From Balanoglossus misakiensis (taxonomy: Eukaryota > Animalia > Hemichordata), in NCBI GenBank assembly GCA_040954595.2, contig CM082576.2:18461028-18525027 (forward strand): DNA of 64,000 nt, read 5' to 3'. The number at the start of each line of letters is the position of its first letter. Position 1 is the first letter of the stretch. This document shows, piece by piece, positions 24,901 to 35,510 of this stretch. The translations under genes were made by a program, and so were the position numbers. The notes under the pieces are model-generated. The model ran no database searches and was not told where the DNA came from. It saw only the letters and a list, made by a program, of their open reading frames with translations.

Positions 24901-27900
24901 ACTTACGCCTAATGGTATATTTTGCAGCACAATTCAATGCGTCCACAATACTACTATAACAAGTATCAATTGCCTGTAAATGCGAAGGGTCTGTACAGTT
25001 CACATTAGTGCAGAATAACTGTTCGGATAAATTAATCTTATCAATCTTGGCTTTGGTACAAGGGTGTAGGCGGATATATTCTGCTGTGACAATTTTTTCC
25101 AATCAACTCGAAAATTACATTGCTTGAAGGAACTACTGCTGAATCTTTCATCGGCAGAAGTGTTGAAATGAACCTCTATTGAAACAGGAATATGGTCGGA
25201 GTCAACAACATTGCAAAGGCTCGAAATTGAAAGAACATTGCTATGAGAAACTTCAGTGGTAACACAGTGGTCAATCCATGAAGTACTGCCATGAGCATCG
25301 CTAATCTAAGTAAACGTACCAGAATCCCTGCCTAGCAGCTCAACATCAGAAACGATGTAACCAAATTGCTCACAATGCTCCATCAACTCACGGCCAAAGC
25401 CTGTATCAGTAGTTACATCAGCATTCCAGTCACCAATAAAAAAGACATTCCCAGTGTTAATATCAGAAACAATGGAATTGATTTTCGCCAAGTACTCACT
25501 GAACACTTCAAAATTATCATTAGTATTGGTGGGCAAATAACAGTTTACAATAACAAGTTTGTCAGTATCATTTTCTAAAACTAAACCAAGCAAGCGACTA
25601 TCAGCAAACTCAACAATACTGGCAAGTTTGCCAAGCGATCTACGCCAAAGAATTGCAACCCCCCCCCCCCCCGTACGGTCTACCAATACGGAGTTCAGAC
25701 GAATCAAAAGCAGATACTCCGAATGACATAAAATCCAGATGTATGTCATGTAAAATTGATAGCTCTTCCTTAGCAAGCCAGTGTTCTTGTAAAAGACAAA
25801 TATCATGGGTTTCACACAATTCATACACAGAATGAAAGCTTGATTTCACAGAGCGACAGTTAAATGACACAATCCGTAAACTATTTTTGCGTTTTGTCAT
25901 GGCGTCTGAGATTTATAGTATTTTCTTACAAGAGTATCCTGAGGCGTATTTACAGGATCAAGGGCAACTCTAATGTCTACATCAGATAATTCAACCATAA
26001 AAGAAGCATACATATCATACTTTGTTTTCAGTTTTGTACAGTTCACACCTACATCAAATTTGTCCGCAGCATAGCGCTCAACATTTTCACATGTTGTTGC
26101 TGGATTCAGCCGGGACACAAAAAGTGTACATACACGCCGCGGTCTTGCGCCTTGAAGGCCAGCTGTACTCAGCGCAGTTCCAATCACAGGCTGGGTTCTC
26201 TTAAGAGGGATCTGGGGGTGAAAGGCTTGACAGAGCCTTTTGCTGAGGATCTAGACAGGGATTCAAGACTGAGAAAAAAAACCAGAAAAGGCCCTCTGCT
26301 ATAAACATGTTTTTGTGGTCCATGTGTGTCACTAGTAGACCATGAGCCAGTAGGGGTTTACCTCCCCCCCCCCCCCGGGGGAATTTTTGAGACAATGTTT
26401 TTCTGAAAGCCTATCATATACTGAGTAAAATTCACTTTGTTTGCCATCTGGGCACCGGGGCGTTTTCGAGTTATTGGCTTCTAAATTATATTGGGTAACG
26501 TATGTAGAAAAGCCTAAAAGTGCATATAAATTGACGTAGGGGGGTAAATTAGTCTTGTAAAATACTGTCTCTCTGAATGTATACCTAGAACAACAGGGAA
26601 GTGTTTGGTATCAAAAGAAAGCTTAATAAACAAGCTTTCCATTAATTACAAAATTAAAGTGATATGACAAATCATGACATCATAGTGACGTCATAAGTCA
26701 AAATACCCTTACGAAAATGGTGTTCTGTTCACCTATAATTTGTATAAATGTGAGGTTTTGCAAAACACGTCTCTGAGCAATTGTACTGATGAAAACTGTC
26801 ATGTGTTTGGTATCAACAGAAAGCTGATTGAGTAAAGTATCTAATTATTGCAAAATATTGATATAATAATCAATTACGTCATCATTACGTCATACTTCCA
26901 AGTACCCTAACCAATTAGTGACTATGATGACAAGTTATTACCCTAGGAGATAGGTGCCTTTAAATAAAAAAATTGGTAAGGAAGGTTTGTGAAGTCCATT
27001 CTATGTAAAAAATGGTGCTGATTCCAAAAAAAGGCAGTCTTATTGACCCCACCCAAGACAAAATTGCCATTTTGGCACTTTTTAACCCAAAAAAGGTCAT
27101 TTTTAGAAAACACTAAAAACACACTGTTTTCGTCACATTCGAAGATCTGATGACATATGATATGCCTATTCTATGTAAAATTTGGTTGATATTACGAAAA
27201 AAGCAGTCTAACTGACCCCACCCAAGACAAAATTGCCATTTTGGCACTTTTTAACCCAAAAAAGGTCATTTTTAGAAAACACTAAAAACACACTGTTTTC
27301 GTCACATTCGAAGATCTGATGACATATGATATGCCTATTCTATGTAAAATTTGGTTGATATTACGAAAAAAGCAGTCTGACTGACCCCAAACGAGACAGA
27401 ATTGCCTTTTTGACCATTTTTTGCCCAAAAACGTCATTTTTAGACAAAACTTAAAACACACTCTTCTCTTCATATTGATTGATTTGATGATATATGGAAA
27501 GTCAATTCTATGTGTAAATTGGTGACTATAAAACATAAAGCAGTCTTTTTGACCCCAATCAATACAAAAATGCCATTTTTGGCCACATTTTTGAGGTCAA
27601 ATAAGGTCATTTTTACAAAAAAACTAAAAACAAACTGTTTTCTTCATATTCAGAGATCATGTGATATAATATAATTTCTGATTTTGTATTCAGAACGAAG
27701 AGGATACATGTTAACAATCTATCCGGAGCTGGTATAGATGTACTTAAAAAAATTATACCATGTATAACCGACTTATAGTATACAGTGTGAATACATGGAT
27801 CGTCTCGTTTTATTGTTGAGTTCCATTTTAGGCTAAATGTGCCTTTCAATATCATCAATTCAACTGATATCATATGGTATGACATTTTAAATATGCAAAT

Positions 27901-30900
27901 ATAACATCAAAACTCAAAAGGCAAAAACACCAATTATTTTGTTTTCTGAAACAGACAATTGTTGACTAGAAGATGGCTTAGTGGCAATTTTGTATTGAGT
28001 GGGGTCTTAATAAGACTGTTGCGTTGGTATCAGCATATTTTTTTGCAAAAAATGGACTTTCCATTCATAATCAAACATTTAAATACGAAGAAAACAGCTT
28101 GTTTTCATTTTTTCTTGAAATGACCTTTTTGACCAAAAATGGCCAAAATGACAATTTTGTAGGGCTGAAAAGAATTTTTTTTTTTGGAATCGGCTCCCAT
28201 TCAACAAAAATGGACCTTCTCCGTACATCATAAGATCTGAAAATAAAGAAAGAAGTTTTCAAACAGTTACCTTTTTTGAGCAAAGTGGCCAAAATGGCAT
28301 TTTTTCCCTCTGTGGAGTCAGTAAGAGTGCTTTTTTGGAAAAATCGCTACTTTTAAGATAGAATGGACTTTTATTTATTATTAGATCACCAAAGGGAAAC
28401 AAATAGCATGTTTTTAGTATTTTCTAAAAATGACACTTTTTGGGCAAAAAGTATTTTCATCTTCATTGAGATCAATAAGATTGCTTTTTCTAGAGTCAAC
28501 AGCAATTTTTCAATAAATGGACTTTTCATACATGATCAAATTTCCAAATATAAAGAAAAACGTTTGCTTATTTCTTAAAATGGCCTTTTTGGGCAAAAAC
28601 TTGCCAAAAAACGCACTTTAATCTTGAGTGGCGCCAATAAACCTACTTTTTTGAATACCTACCAAATTTTACACAAGGTGGGTATACAATACATTATCAG
28701 ATCTCCGAAAGTGAAGAAAATATATAAGTTTTGAGTGTTTTCTAAAAATGACATTTTTGGGGCAAAAAGTGGCAAAAATGGCACATTTGCCTTGAGTGGG
28801 GGTTAATAAGGCTGCTATTTCTGGAATCAGAACTATTTTACATAGCATAAACTTTTCATATATCACATGATCTCTGAATATGAAGAAAACAGTTTGTTTT
28901 TAGTTTTTTTGTAAAAATGACCTTTTTTGACTTCAAAAATATGGCCAAAAATGGCATTTTTTTGTATTGATTGGGGTCAAAAAGACTGCTTTATGTTTAT
29001 AGTCACCATTTTACGCATAGAATTGACTTTCCATATATCATCAAATCAATCAATATGAAGAGAAGAGTGTGTTTTAAGTTTTGTCTAAAAATGACGTTTT
29101 TGGGCAAAAATGGTCAAAAAGGCAATTCTGTCTCGTTTGGGGTCAGTCAGACTGCTTTTTTCGTAATATCAACCAAATTTTACATAGAATAGGCATATCA
29201 TATGTCATCAGATCTTCGAATGTGATGAAAACAGTGTGTTTTTAGTGTTTTCTAAAAATGACCTTTTTTGGGTTAAAAAGTGCCAAAACGGCAATTTTGT
29301 CTTAGGTGGGGTCAGTTAGATTGCTTTTTTCGTAATATCAACCAAATTTTACATAGAATAGGCATATCATATGTCATCAGATCTTCGAATGTGACGAAAA
29401 CAGTGTGTTTTTAGTGTTTTCTAAAAATGACCTTTTTTGGTTAAAAAGTGCCAAAATGGCAATTTTGTCTTGGGTGGGGTCAGTTAGACTGCTTTTTTCG
29501 TAATATCAACCAAATTTTACATAGAATAGGCATATCATATGTCATCAGATCTCCGAATGTGACGAAAACAGTGTGCTCTTAGTGTTTTCTAAAAATGACC
29601 TTTTTTTGGGTTAAAAAGTGCCAAAATGGCAATTTTGTCTTGGGTGGGGTCAATAAGACTGCCTTTTTTGGAATCAGCACCATTTTTTACATAGAATGGA
29701 CTTCACAAACCTTCCTTACCAATTTTTTTATTTAAAGGCACCTATCTCCTAGGGTAATAACTTGTCATCATAGTCACTAATTGGTAAGGGTACTTGGAAG
29801 TATGACGTAATGATGACGTAATTGATTATTATATCAATTTTTTGCAATAATTAGATACTTTACTCAATCAGCTTTCTGTTGATACCAAACACATCACAGT
29901 TTTCATCAGTACAATTGCTCAGAGACGTGTTTTGCAAAACCTCACATTTATACAAATTATAGGTGAACAGAACACCATTTTCGTAAGGGTATTTTGACTT
30001 ATGACGTCACTATGATGTCATGATTTGTCATATCACTTTAATTTTGTAATTAATGGAAAGCTTGTTTATTAAGCTTTCTTTTGATACCAAATACTTCCCT
30101 GTTGTTCTAGGTATACATTCAGAGAGACAGTATTTTACAAGACTAATTTACCCCCCTACGTCAATTTATATGCACTTTTAGGCTTTTCTACATACGTTAC
30201 CCAATATAATTTAGAAGCCAATAACTCGAAAACGCCCCGGTGCCCAGATGGCAAACAAAGTGAATTTTACTCAGTATATGATAGGCTTTCAGAAAAACAT
30301 TGTCTCAAAAATTCCCCCGGGGGGGGGGAGGTAAACCCCTACTGGCTCATGGTCTATAGTGTGGGTATAGCCCTGACATTGTTCCTAAATCACCAATGGC
30401 AATATTGTGGCGTTGATGAGTTTTTTTTTTGATCACTATAGCCGAAATGGTTTGGCCAGGCAAGGCTAGACTTGGCCTGGGTTTCGCGGTTTCCCTATGT
30501 ATGATCAGCCATGCACACATCTACATACTGGTATGTGTGTCACTAAGATATATGCACAATTTCATTTGAATAAATGTCTCAAAACATAAGTATTTTTCCC
30601 CATTGTTTATTCACAGATGTTCCAAATCGAGAGTACCCTACCAGATTCAGATGACGTCATTGTTCTTGATCCCCAATGGTTATGTTCTAGAATATTCGGT
30701 CCCATGCTGGCTCCTGAAATATTTGAGCAGTTTGCAAACCGCTTGCCGCGGAAGTCCTTACATATGAGAAGCGAAATTGAGGAAGTTTTCCATGGTCTGG
30801 CAGATATTGATTTGCTGATAAATCTTCTCAAAGAGTTTGCCCTTCTCTACGAGGTCATTTCTGAATCCAATACTGTAACTGGGTATGTAATACCTGGGTT

Positions 30901-31871
30901 GTTGGACACAGTTATGCCTGCAAATCAGTGGAAACAGGATGCTACTAATTTACTATGGCAGACGGTTCCAATGCAGAGATGATGCTGATAGTTTCTCGCC
31001 AGGATTTTTCCCCCGACTTCACGCCCGAATAGAATGCCATTTCCGAAAGATCAACCAACAAACAAGTGGTATATGGAAAAATGGCATCAAAGTGTGTCAC
31101 AATGCAGAAGGCTTGGTGTATATGACAAAAGGTTGGAGAGCTATCCATGTTTGTGTTAGAGCAGAGAAAGAAGAGGAAATCGGCGAATGCTACAAATTAT
31201 TAGAGACAATAACTGATATTGTCTATGAAGTGTTAGAGATCTGCTGTCCTGGTACAAGACTTGACATCCACGTGTTGAGTTCAGATTCTCTTCGAATCCA
31301 TCGCAACCCTGAAGATGTCACATTCTATACATTGAAGCAAATTCGGGAAGCAGAAGAGAGGAATGAGAAGGTGTACAACGAGGAGATGGTGATTTCAGAA
31401 GCAGCTACTGACTTGCTTTGTGCTGGGTATGATACAACCATCCTCCGACACAGTGGATATGAAAGTGATGTCAAGTGGATGCTGAAGGATGCCCTCAAGA
31501 TATTTTCTAATATCATGGATATCATCCGTTTATCCGGCAATGACTACAGGGCTATGGCAGACTTGATGGGGATCCCTCGCATGGAGGTGGATTCATGGCA
31601 ATACAGTGCATTGATTCAATCCCCCACACAACATGCTTTATCTGTTTGGTCCAAGGGCTGTGGAGGACAACAACGTGCAGGCCAACAGCCAACTGCAGAT
31701 AAGAAATTCTGTAAGAGCAATTTTTCCAACCTGGTTAAAATTTTTGAGCAAGAAAGTTGTGATGTCTACGCTGCCAGAGAAGAAATACATGAGATGTTCC
31801 GAAAACTTGGTGTGTCAGCTGATCATCATGATGTTGAAGGTGACATGGCTAATCTACATCTTACATCTTAA
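882..31871 (+). CDS. Multi-exon ROCO gene: ankyrin repeats - ROC GTPase - COR - death domain (DAPK1-like, no kinase domain in the window); frameshift in last exon
   Basis: Phase-compatible spliced exons: 882-980, 2235-2333, 21 cassette exons 3151-15602, 16869-16979, 17788-17847, 18570-18698, 19141-19425, 19732-19858, 20220-20368, 22128-22298, 30617-31871. Motifs: P-loop GYGANGKTT, T-P-A-I switch region, WDFAGQ (G3), SKAD (G4), COR LDPQWLC...FGP and FSPGFFPRL, C-terminal DYRAMADLMGI...SPT...L..W death fold. Confidence 0.88.
1805..1974. mobile_element. Tc1/mariner-pogo-type MITE
   Basis: TA|cagtaatacctgtc ... gacaggttttactg|TA: short imperfect TIRs with TA flanks. Confidence 0.6.
2235..2333 (+). 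CDS. Divergent ankyrin exon (NDSTALHAASFKGKLDAVRMLISHGADVNAKDE)
   Basis: 99 nt, ccag acceptor and gtacg donor, phase 0, canonical ankyrin consensus. Confidence 0.9.
8793..13488 (-). mobile_element. Full-length Ty3/Gypsy LTR retrotransposon (Mag-like), inserted in an ankyrin-cassette intron
   Basis: 173-bp TG..CA LTRs at 8793-8965 and 13316-13488, identical by eye. 5-bp TSD ATTCT at 8788-8792 and 13489-13493. PBS TGGCGACGAGGATGG (tRNA-Ser type) at 13298-13312. PPT at 8966-8978. Confidence 0.97.
9025..13167 (-). CDS. Gag-Pol polyprotein, 1380 aa (gag, two CCHC knuckles, protease, RT, RNase H, integrase)
   Basis: Uninterrupted ORF. CYRC..H and CFKC..GH knuckles, protease VDTAA, RT LPYG...KQDD, RNase H CDAS...TDHKPL, integrase H-H-C-C zinc finger and D..D(SDNGPQF)..E. 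Confidence 0.96.
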   Translation of the reverse strand: MAATGFVGSVGEFSPDRETFSSYVERMEMFFEANNIVEVPGEVHAEANAVVQGRKRAIFLSKIGPEAYSTLSNLLAPTKPKDKPLNAIVQALEGHYNPAPLEIAESFHFGTRNQKPGESVSDYIVSLKKLSIHCNYGDFLNRALRDRFVCGLDDVRIQNKLLNTEGLTFDRACQIATSMEMAEKNAKEFRPASSTSSSVSDKSGVVNKLSKGYRKPQAKTSGQKLCYRCRGEHNPQMCKFKDAKCFKCKKVGHIASVCHSNASVNEKSGVKGVNSQSTKTKGKVHNVYMPELDATESSGDENNMGVFSLYSTNTANPTKNSTKGYTVKMSVNNVTCDMQVDTAADFSIMSRSEYTEKFRKVPLFPSKVKLKTYTGEMLDICGEMSCKVEYNGQKVILPMVVANVVRKPILLGRNWLNKIRLNWGEIFSVTNSSATSFSNQSNAKKQLDKLLSKHAQLFDDSYEGMKGFEAHITVRDNAKPVFIKPRRVPYALKDAVEKELEKLEKNGVIVKTERSDWASPIVVVPKADKSVRICGDYKVTINQAVEDEQYPLPTTQDLYAELAGSKVFTKLDLSHAYAQLSVDKESQGYLTINTHKGLYSYTKLPYGVKSAPKIFQAKMDQILQGVEKCVCKQDDILLGGENWQENLHILDEVLERLDRHNIHLKLDKCKFLKSEVVYLGLRINADGLHPVDEKVDAIKKAPIPRNVHELRSFLGMVQYYHSFLPDLATILAPLHKLLKKDVKWKWTSDCQKAYDLCKNGLSSDALLVHYDTKRELRLACDASSYGLGAVISHVMDNGQERPIAYASRSLNASEKNYAQIEREALSIVFGVKKFHQFLYGRKFTLITDHKPLLALLGPKSAIPTLAAARMQRWALILSAYDYDIEYRRSEDHANCDALSRLPHEISNVASESRIYTVRAVDDDFPITATDIAKATCTDPVLSRVHQFVMTGWPEHCIDESMKPYHSRRHELSCEQRCVLWGTRVIIPAVFQEKMLSELHWEHPGVCSMKAIARTCVWWPRMDEEIEKTVKVCTVCQSVRSAPSSAPLIPWKWPTRPFQRVHIDFCQKGTDYFLILVDSHSKWIEAKHMTSTTSDRTIDELRLIFANHGLPEELVSDNGPQFTSAEFAEFMSKNGIKHTLVPPYHPQSNGAAERSVRIVKEALLKQVFHGIKGMSMKHRLANFLLRYRITPHSVTGVSPAEMMVKRILRSRLSLVKPNLAQMVEKKQEKQKQYHDMSVNERTFQMYDRVRVRNKRPNSKLEKWIPGTIVKVCGPRRYVVRVGHSMRFVHTDHLIRAHDNVPDYVNEPEVVVPDFIENDAVHTKRNIPSESIDHSPVKQSSNVAIESFKTDEVSTEVSNTTPESVPLRRSQRVRKPVVKLDL
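16869..16979 (+). CDS. C-terminal capping ankyrin-like exon (NVVTPCQEAG...KVYQ)
   Basis: tttcag acceptor. Probable GC donor cag|gcaagt at 16980; phase 0. Confidence 0.65.
17407..17580. repeat. Long hairpin/palindromic element with an internal 32-bp direct duplication (Crypton-like non-autonomous repeat)
   Basis: agcaataaaacacccccagcca...tggctgggggtgttttattgct arms; tgcgtatatgtcgtgaactggtcaaaatcgag present twice at 17485-17548. Confidence 0.6.
17788..17847 (+). CDS. Linker exon (AVINSVYDRDDKRDLINHHK)
   Basis: 60 nt, ag/gt boundaries, phase 0 on both sides. Confidence 0.65.
18570..18698 (+). CDS. ROC domain exon with P-loop
   Basis: VFSRQKEF...KIVLAGYGANGKTTLKESLQR; ag/gt boundaries. Confidence 0.9.
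19141..19425 (+). CDS. ROC domain exon (switch I/II)
   Basis: YTPTPAID...FSVWDFAGQTEYYVTHNMFL; 95 codons. Confidence 0.92.
19732..19858 (+). CDS. ROC domain exon (G4 motif)
   Basis: VTSWLAFLKA...PKVILIGSKAD; ends in phase 1. Confidence 0.9.
20220..20368 (+). CDS. ROC C-terminal exon
   Basis: Phase-1 start matches the previous exon; ...FILNCHNSQHNDMHRLRECL. Confidence 0.82.
20590..21288 (+). mobile_element. ~700-bp non-autonomous DNA element (PIF/Harbinger-like ends), copy 1
   Basis: Ends gggcgttctcact / agtgagaacaagac. Highly similar inverted copy at 48546-49243; the spurious ORFs at 20699 and 48850 are near-identical. Confidence 0.8.
22128..22298 (+). CDS. COR-A domain first exon
   Basis: REEYIPKLC...W..Y...DEEFLKKATHYLGE followed by gtaag. 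Confidence 0.85.
22374..22588. mobile_element. MITE with TA flanks
   Basis: TA|ctgtaaaacagg ... cctgttttacag|TA inverted ends. Confidence 0.7.
22928..26250 (-). mobile_element. 5'-truncated non-LTR retrotransposon (APE endonuclease + RT; RTE-X/CR1-L2-like), frameshifted
   Basis: ORF1 C-terminus (LFVSRL...YASF) overlaps the ORF2 start at ATGA 25897-25900. EN motifs SFNCRS, LQEHW, GRPYGG, GDWNAD, WIDH, SDH. RT motifs FLDASKAFD, GVRQGGVLSP, YADD. 3' end AATAAA followed by (TAT)n at 22928-22957. Broken into at least 5 ORF pieces. Confidence 0.92.
26336..30356. mobile_element. Non-autonomous foldback DNA transposon with >1.3-kb TIRs (Academ-like)
   Basis: Starts TAGACCATGAGCCAGTAGG and ends CCTACTGGCTCATGGTCTA. 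3-bp TSD TAG at 26333-26335 and 30357-30359. Inverted arms ~26336-27667 and ~28860-30356 contain ~169-bp subrepeats. No coding capacity. Confidence 0.88.
30617..31871 (+). CDS. Terminal exon: COR domain + death domain; frameshift at ~30941-30950
   Basis: tcacag acceptor. ORF 30617-30982 carries LDPQWLC..YVIPGLL; the continuation IYYGRRFQC...FSPGFFPRL... to TAA 31871 is in a different frame. Confidence 0.88.
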
Positions 31872-33289
31872 GATGATGACATCAACATCTCTGAAGCAGA
31901 CCATTGTGACGTCAGTATATCAATTTCTGATTAGTATGGCAAACGATGGCAGTATTTCCATGGAACTTGTTGCAATGTCTGAGAAATTTAACTGAGTAAC
32001 GTAATGTGTGTGTGCAAGGAAAAGGTTCCGTACACACATACTGTTATAAGCCCTGCAGAGAAATCAAAGCCAATACACCAAACCACCCTCCACCATTACT
32101 GTCTTCTCAATAACCAGGCTGTACAACGAGGAGATGGTGATTGCAGAAACAGCTACCAACAGGTGACACAACTAAAGATAAATGAATGGAATCTGTGACA
32201 TAGATCTAGCATGAGATAACAGAAAGTGAATTACCCAAATACAGTACAAGACCATCCTGCAGATACTGACCTATTTGAAGTGTATGTAATGGTTAATTAC
32301 AAATTAAATCACTCTAAGGAACATGATGTCATGTCAGCTTCACAGGATGGAGACACATGCAAATAAAGTGAGTCAATTACAATTATGAGAAAGTGACAGC
32401 TAAGAAATTGTCATGTTGAGTTTACAAACTGCAGCTAATGACATCAATGACCATTATAGCAAAATAAAGTTGATTTTTTAAAAATTCTAGTGATTTTTGT
32501 GATTTGTTGCAACATTTTTTATTCAAATTATTGTTTTCACCAAAAAGCTGTACAGTAATATTTTTAATCCTGATCATCAATATCTTCAGTAGAAACATTA
32601 CTTTTGTTTGTTGACAGATTTAGGAAATTCACTCTATGTTTTGCAGATGTTCATTTTGAGCCAAAAAAGCTGAAACATACATATCCTGTCAGTATACAAT
32701 GTCTCTGATTTGTAAAGCCAAATTAGTTTGTAAAGAGTTAGTTTGTTTCAAATTGCACTAACAATAATTCCAATAAGTTTAAGCAGAAATCTGAAACACT
32801 TGTTAAGAACATGTTCACAATGATTTTGTGTAATGTTCTGGACTTCAGTTTTGATGTGTACTATTTCCCAAAAGCAAATGACTAACCAAGAATATGCAAT
32901 TTAAGAGAGGTTGTCATACACTTCTTGCTTTCAATTACATTGAACACACTCTCAACATCTTTTTTCTATGTACACAAGTTGTCACTTCAAGATCATTCAT
33001 ATTAGGATTGAGAAACTATTTTCTTAATTTTGAATTATAAACTAATACAGACATCACCATTCACATTTTGCAGACATGCTATTTAGGTGGTCGACATATC
33101 TTTATATTTTTAGTATTAAAATGTGGGAAGAGTCACTTTGAAAACAGAAAAAAATTTGCTTTCTCAAAAATAAAAATTCTTCAAATTTTCTCAATACACA
33201 TTGAATGGTGGCCATCTTGATTTTAAAATTTGAATCAGTTTCGCTTTATCATTCAAAATTATGCCTGTTTAAAGGATATAAGAGTAAAA

Positions 33290-33472
33290 ATCTCGCCAAA
33301 ATGAATAAACGGTAGAGACCGATTATTCATTTTGACGAGTGTTTTACTCTCGTGTCTACAAGTGGGATGGAAGTTGTGGGTGGTCGAACGTTGATTCACT
33401 ATATATCCACAGTCTTGTATCAAACATAATTAACAGAAAAATGGCAGCAAGAGAGAGATTTTGTCCCTTTAA
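33290..33472. repeat. Dispersed repeat family with (tt)aaagggacaaa end (Kolobok-type MITE-like); other copies ~4250-4370, ~42658-42900, ~61977-62320
   Basis: Shared motifs aagggacaaagtctctct, tgtttgatacaagac, aatcggtctctaccatttattcattttg recur in both orientations. Confidence 0.65.
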
Positions 33473-35364
33473 ATGTTATTCCATGTATGACCTCATCTTG
33501 GATATGAATATTATCTGTTACCAATCCTTGCAATGCAGTTTCCATAACTGCAGTTTTACAGTTCTTTTTCATGAGGACTTGAGAAATGAATTATTTACTG
33601 CTTCTTCACAGCCAGAAAGATTCTTTATAGGTTTTTAAAATCCTTGATGTGTTCAAAATAAATCTTTTACTTTTGCAATCTTTTGTGTATATGTGTGTCC
33701 ATTGTTAGCATTCCCCCCCCCACCCCCCACCCCCCGAGTTGAACACGGGCTGCCAAATTATTGCAATACAAGACATGAACTATTCCTACTGCTTCTCATG
33801 TTTGGTTTTAATGTGCACTTTCAAAATCAGTCATATTCTCCTCAATACAACTTTAGATTATTCTTGCTTAAAACAAAGAATACAGAATTATTATTTACCG
33901 TAAAAATTTGAATGACAAAAATTGTCTCAAATTTGAAATTCAAAATGGCCGCTATAACTCCATGGTGAACATTGTTTATTTTTTTATGAAACCAAGGTGA
34001 TGAAAATCTTTTTTTTTTTCAAATCGACTTCATATACACTTTAATACAAAAACATGGAAGAGTTTGGAGGACTGATCTTTGTGAAAATAACCAACTTAAT
34101 GATTTTTTTTTTCACTCAACTACTGGAAAGTAAGCTGTGCTTTGATTGGTTGCTGACGGAGACAAATGTGTAGATAACCAATCACAACACAGCTACCTTC
34201 ATGATTGAGCATGTAGAAAGTGTAGTCTCCCTCAGAAATCGCCCAAAACATCGCTATTAATGCGAGCAGAGGATAGCATGTATGAACTTTGACATGAAAT
34301 TGGTAGTTACCCTGGTTACGACGTTGATTTGTGACTGGTACACTTTCCACCCTTTGAAGAAAGAAAAAAAGAAACAAGTTCTTTTCTGTGCAACACTTCA
34401 GAGTCACAAGTGATTTTCATCAAGAGAAACTTCTATCAGGCAAATTTTACTTGAAATGTTTGAAGAATTGGCACTGAGTTGATTTTATTTTGGAGTGAGT
34501 TAAGTACTCAGGGAGTCATCATTTGGTATCCCCAGGGGGGGTCTAGATGCTGTTTTCTGATGGGAGAGACAATTCATTCCAGTGGAATGTGACACTTAGG
34601 AAATAAATAGACCATAGCACCAAAAAGAACAATTTCAGAATAAAATCCCGCATAACATATCAGCTCACAATCAGAATGCAGATAAGTATATGAGATAAGA
34701 GAAATTCCAACAAATGTCTTCATATTTGACTTCCAGTCCAACTTGAGTGGAAATGGCATAAACTTCAATGATTTTGTGCCCTTGAGCAAGGCACTTTTTA
34801 TTCTCATTGATCTGGGGGGACTGACTTTGTATAGATGATTGTTCTAGTCATCCTATCCTAGGTAGACAACATTTCTGTGTTTGATATGGATGAATTTAAT
34901 AAATTAAAAACTGCATCGTTAGCCATTTTTGAATGCTGCTAAATAATAAATATATCCAGAATTTGATAAAACAATTCTATTTGAAATCCATTGTTTTCTT
35001 TGGCAATATATGACCATAATTTTGTCGCAAATATATAAATGGTATATATACAGTATTATATTATATCATGCTACCGTCCGCAATTCTGATTGGACGAGAG
35101 CTCAATCCAGCGATGCTAAAATACTCATAATGCACTGCTGGCAGAGCTAAAACGGGCCCCTGCTGAACTAGCATATGGCAGCAAAAACCACAGTCGCGCG
35201 TGTTTAAACCAAATAAATAAAACAACAATACTGTTGAATTAACGGACGTTTTATTTTGAAATTGCTCTGTGGAAATATTTTTCACTTTGCCACGCGCGAT
35301 GCCCGTCTTGTCACTTTTTGTCGTCTGCTTCATGTTTAATGCTCGATCCCGGCTGGATCCCGGC

Positions 35365-35510
35365 CTTGCCGTTGTATGGGCATGCGAACGATTCCACTTG
35401 TATGTATATGGTCAGAAATTCACCATTGTGACAGACCACAAGCCGTTGGTCCACATATACAACAATCCAATTTCGAAACCACCTGCCAGAATCGAACGTT
35501 GGGCACTGAA
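35365..35510 (+). pseudogene. Isolated Gypsy RNase H fragment
   Basis: LAVVWACERFHLYVYGQKFTIVTDHKPLVHIYNNPISKPPARIERWALK with no flanking pol or LTR. Confidence 0.8.

Noticed and set aside
32342-32357. acaggatggagacac matching the ankyrin cassette exon start
   Set aside because: Only ~15 bp with no extension on either side; may be chance.
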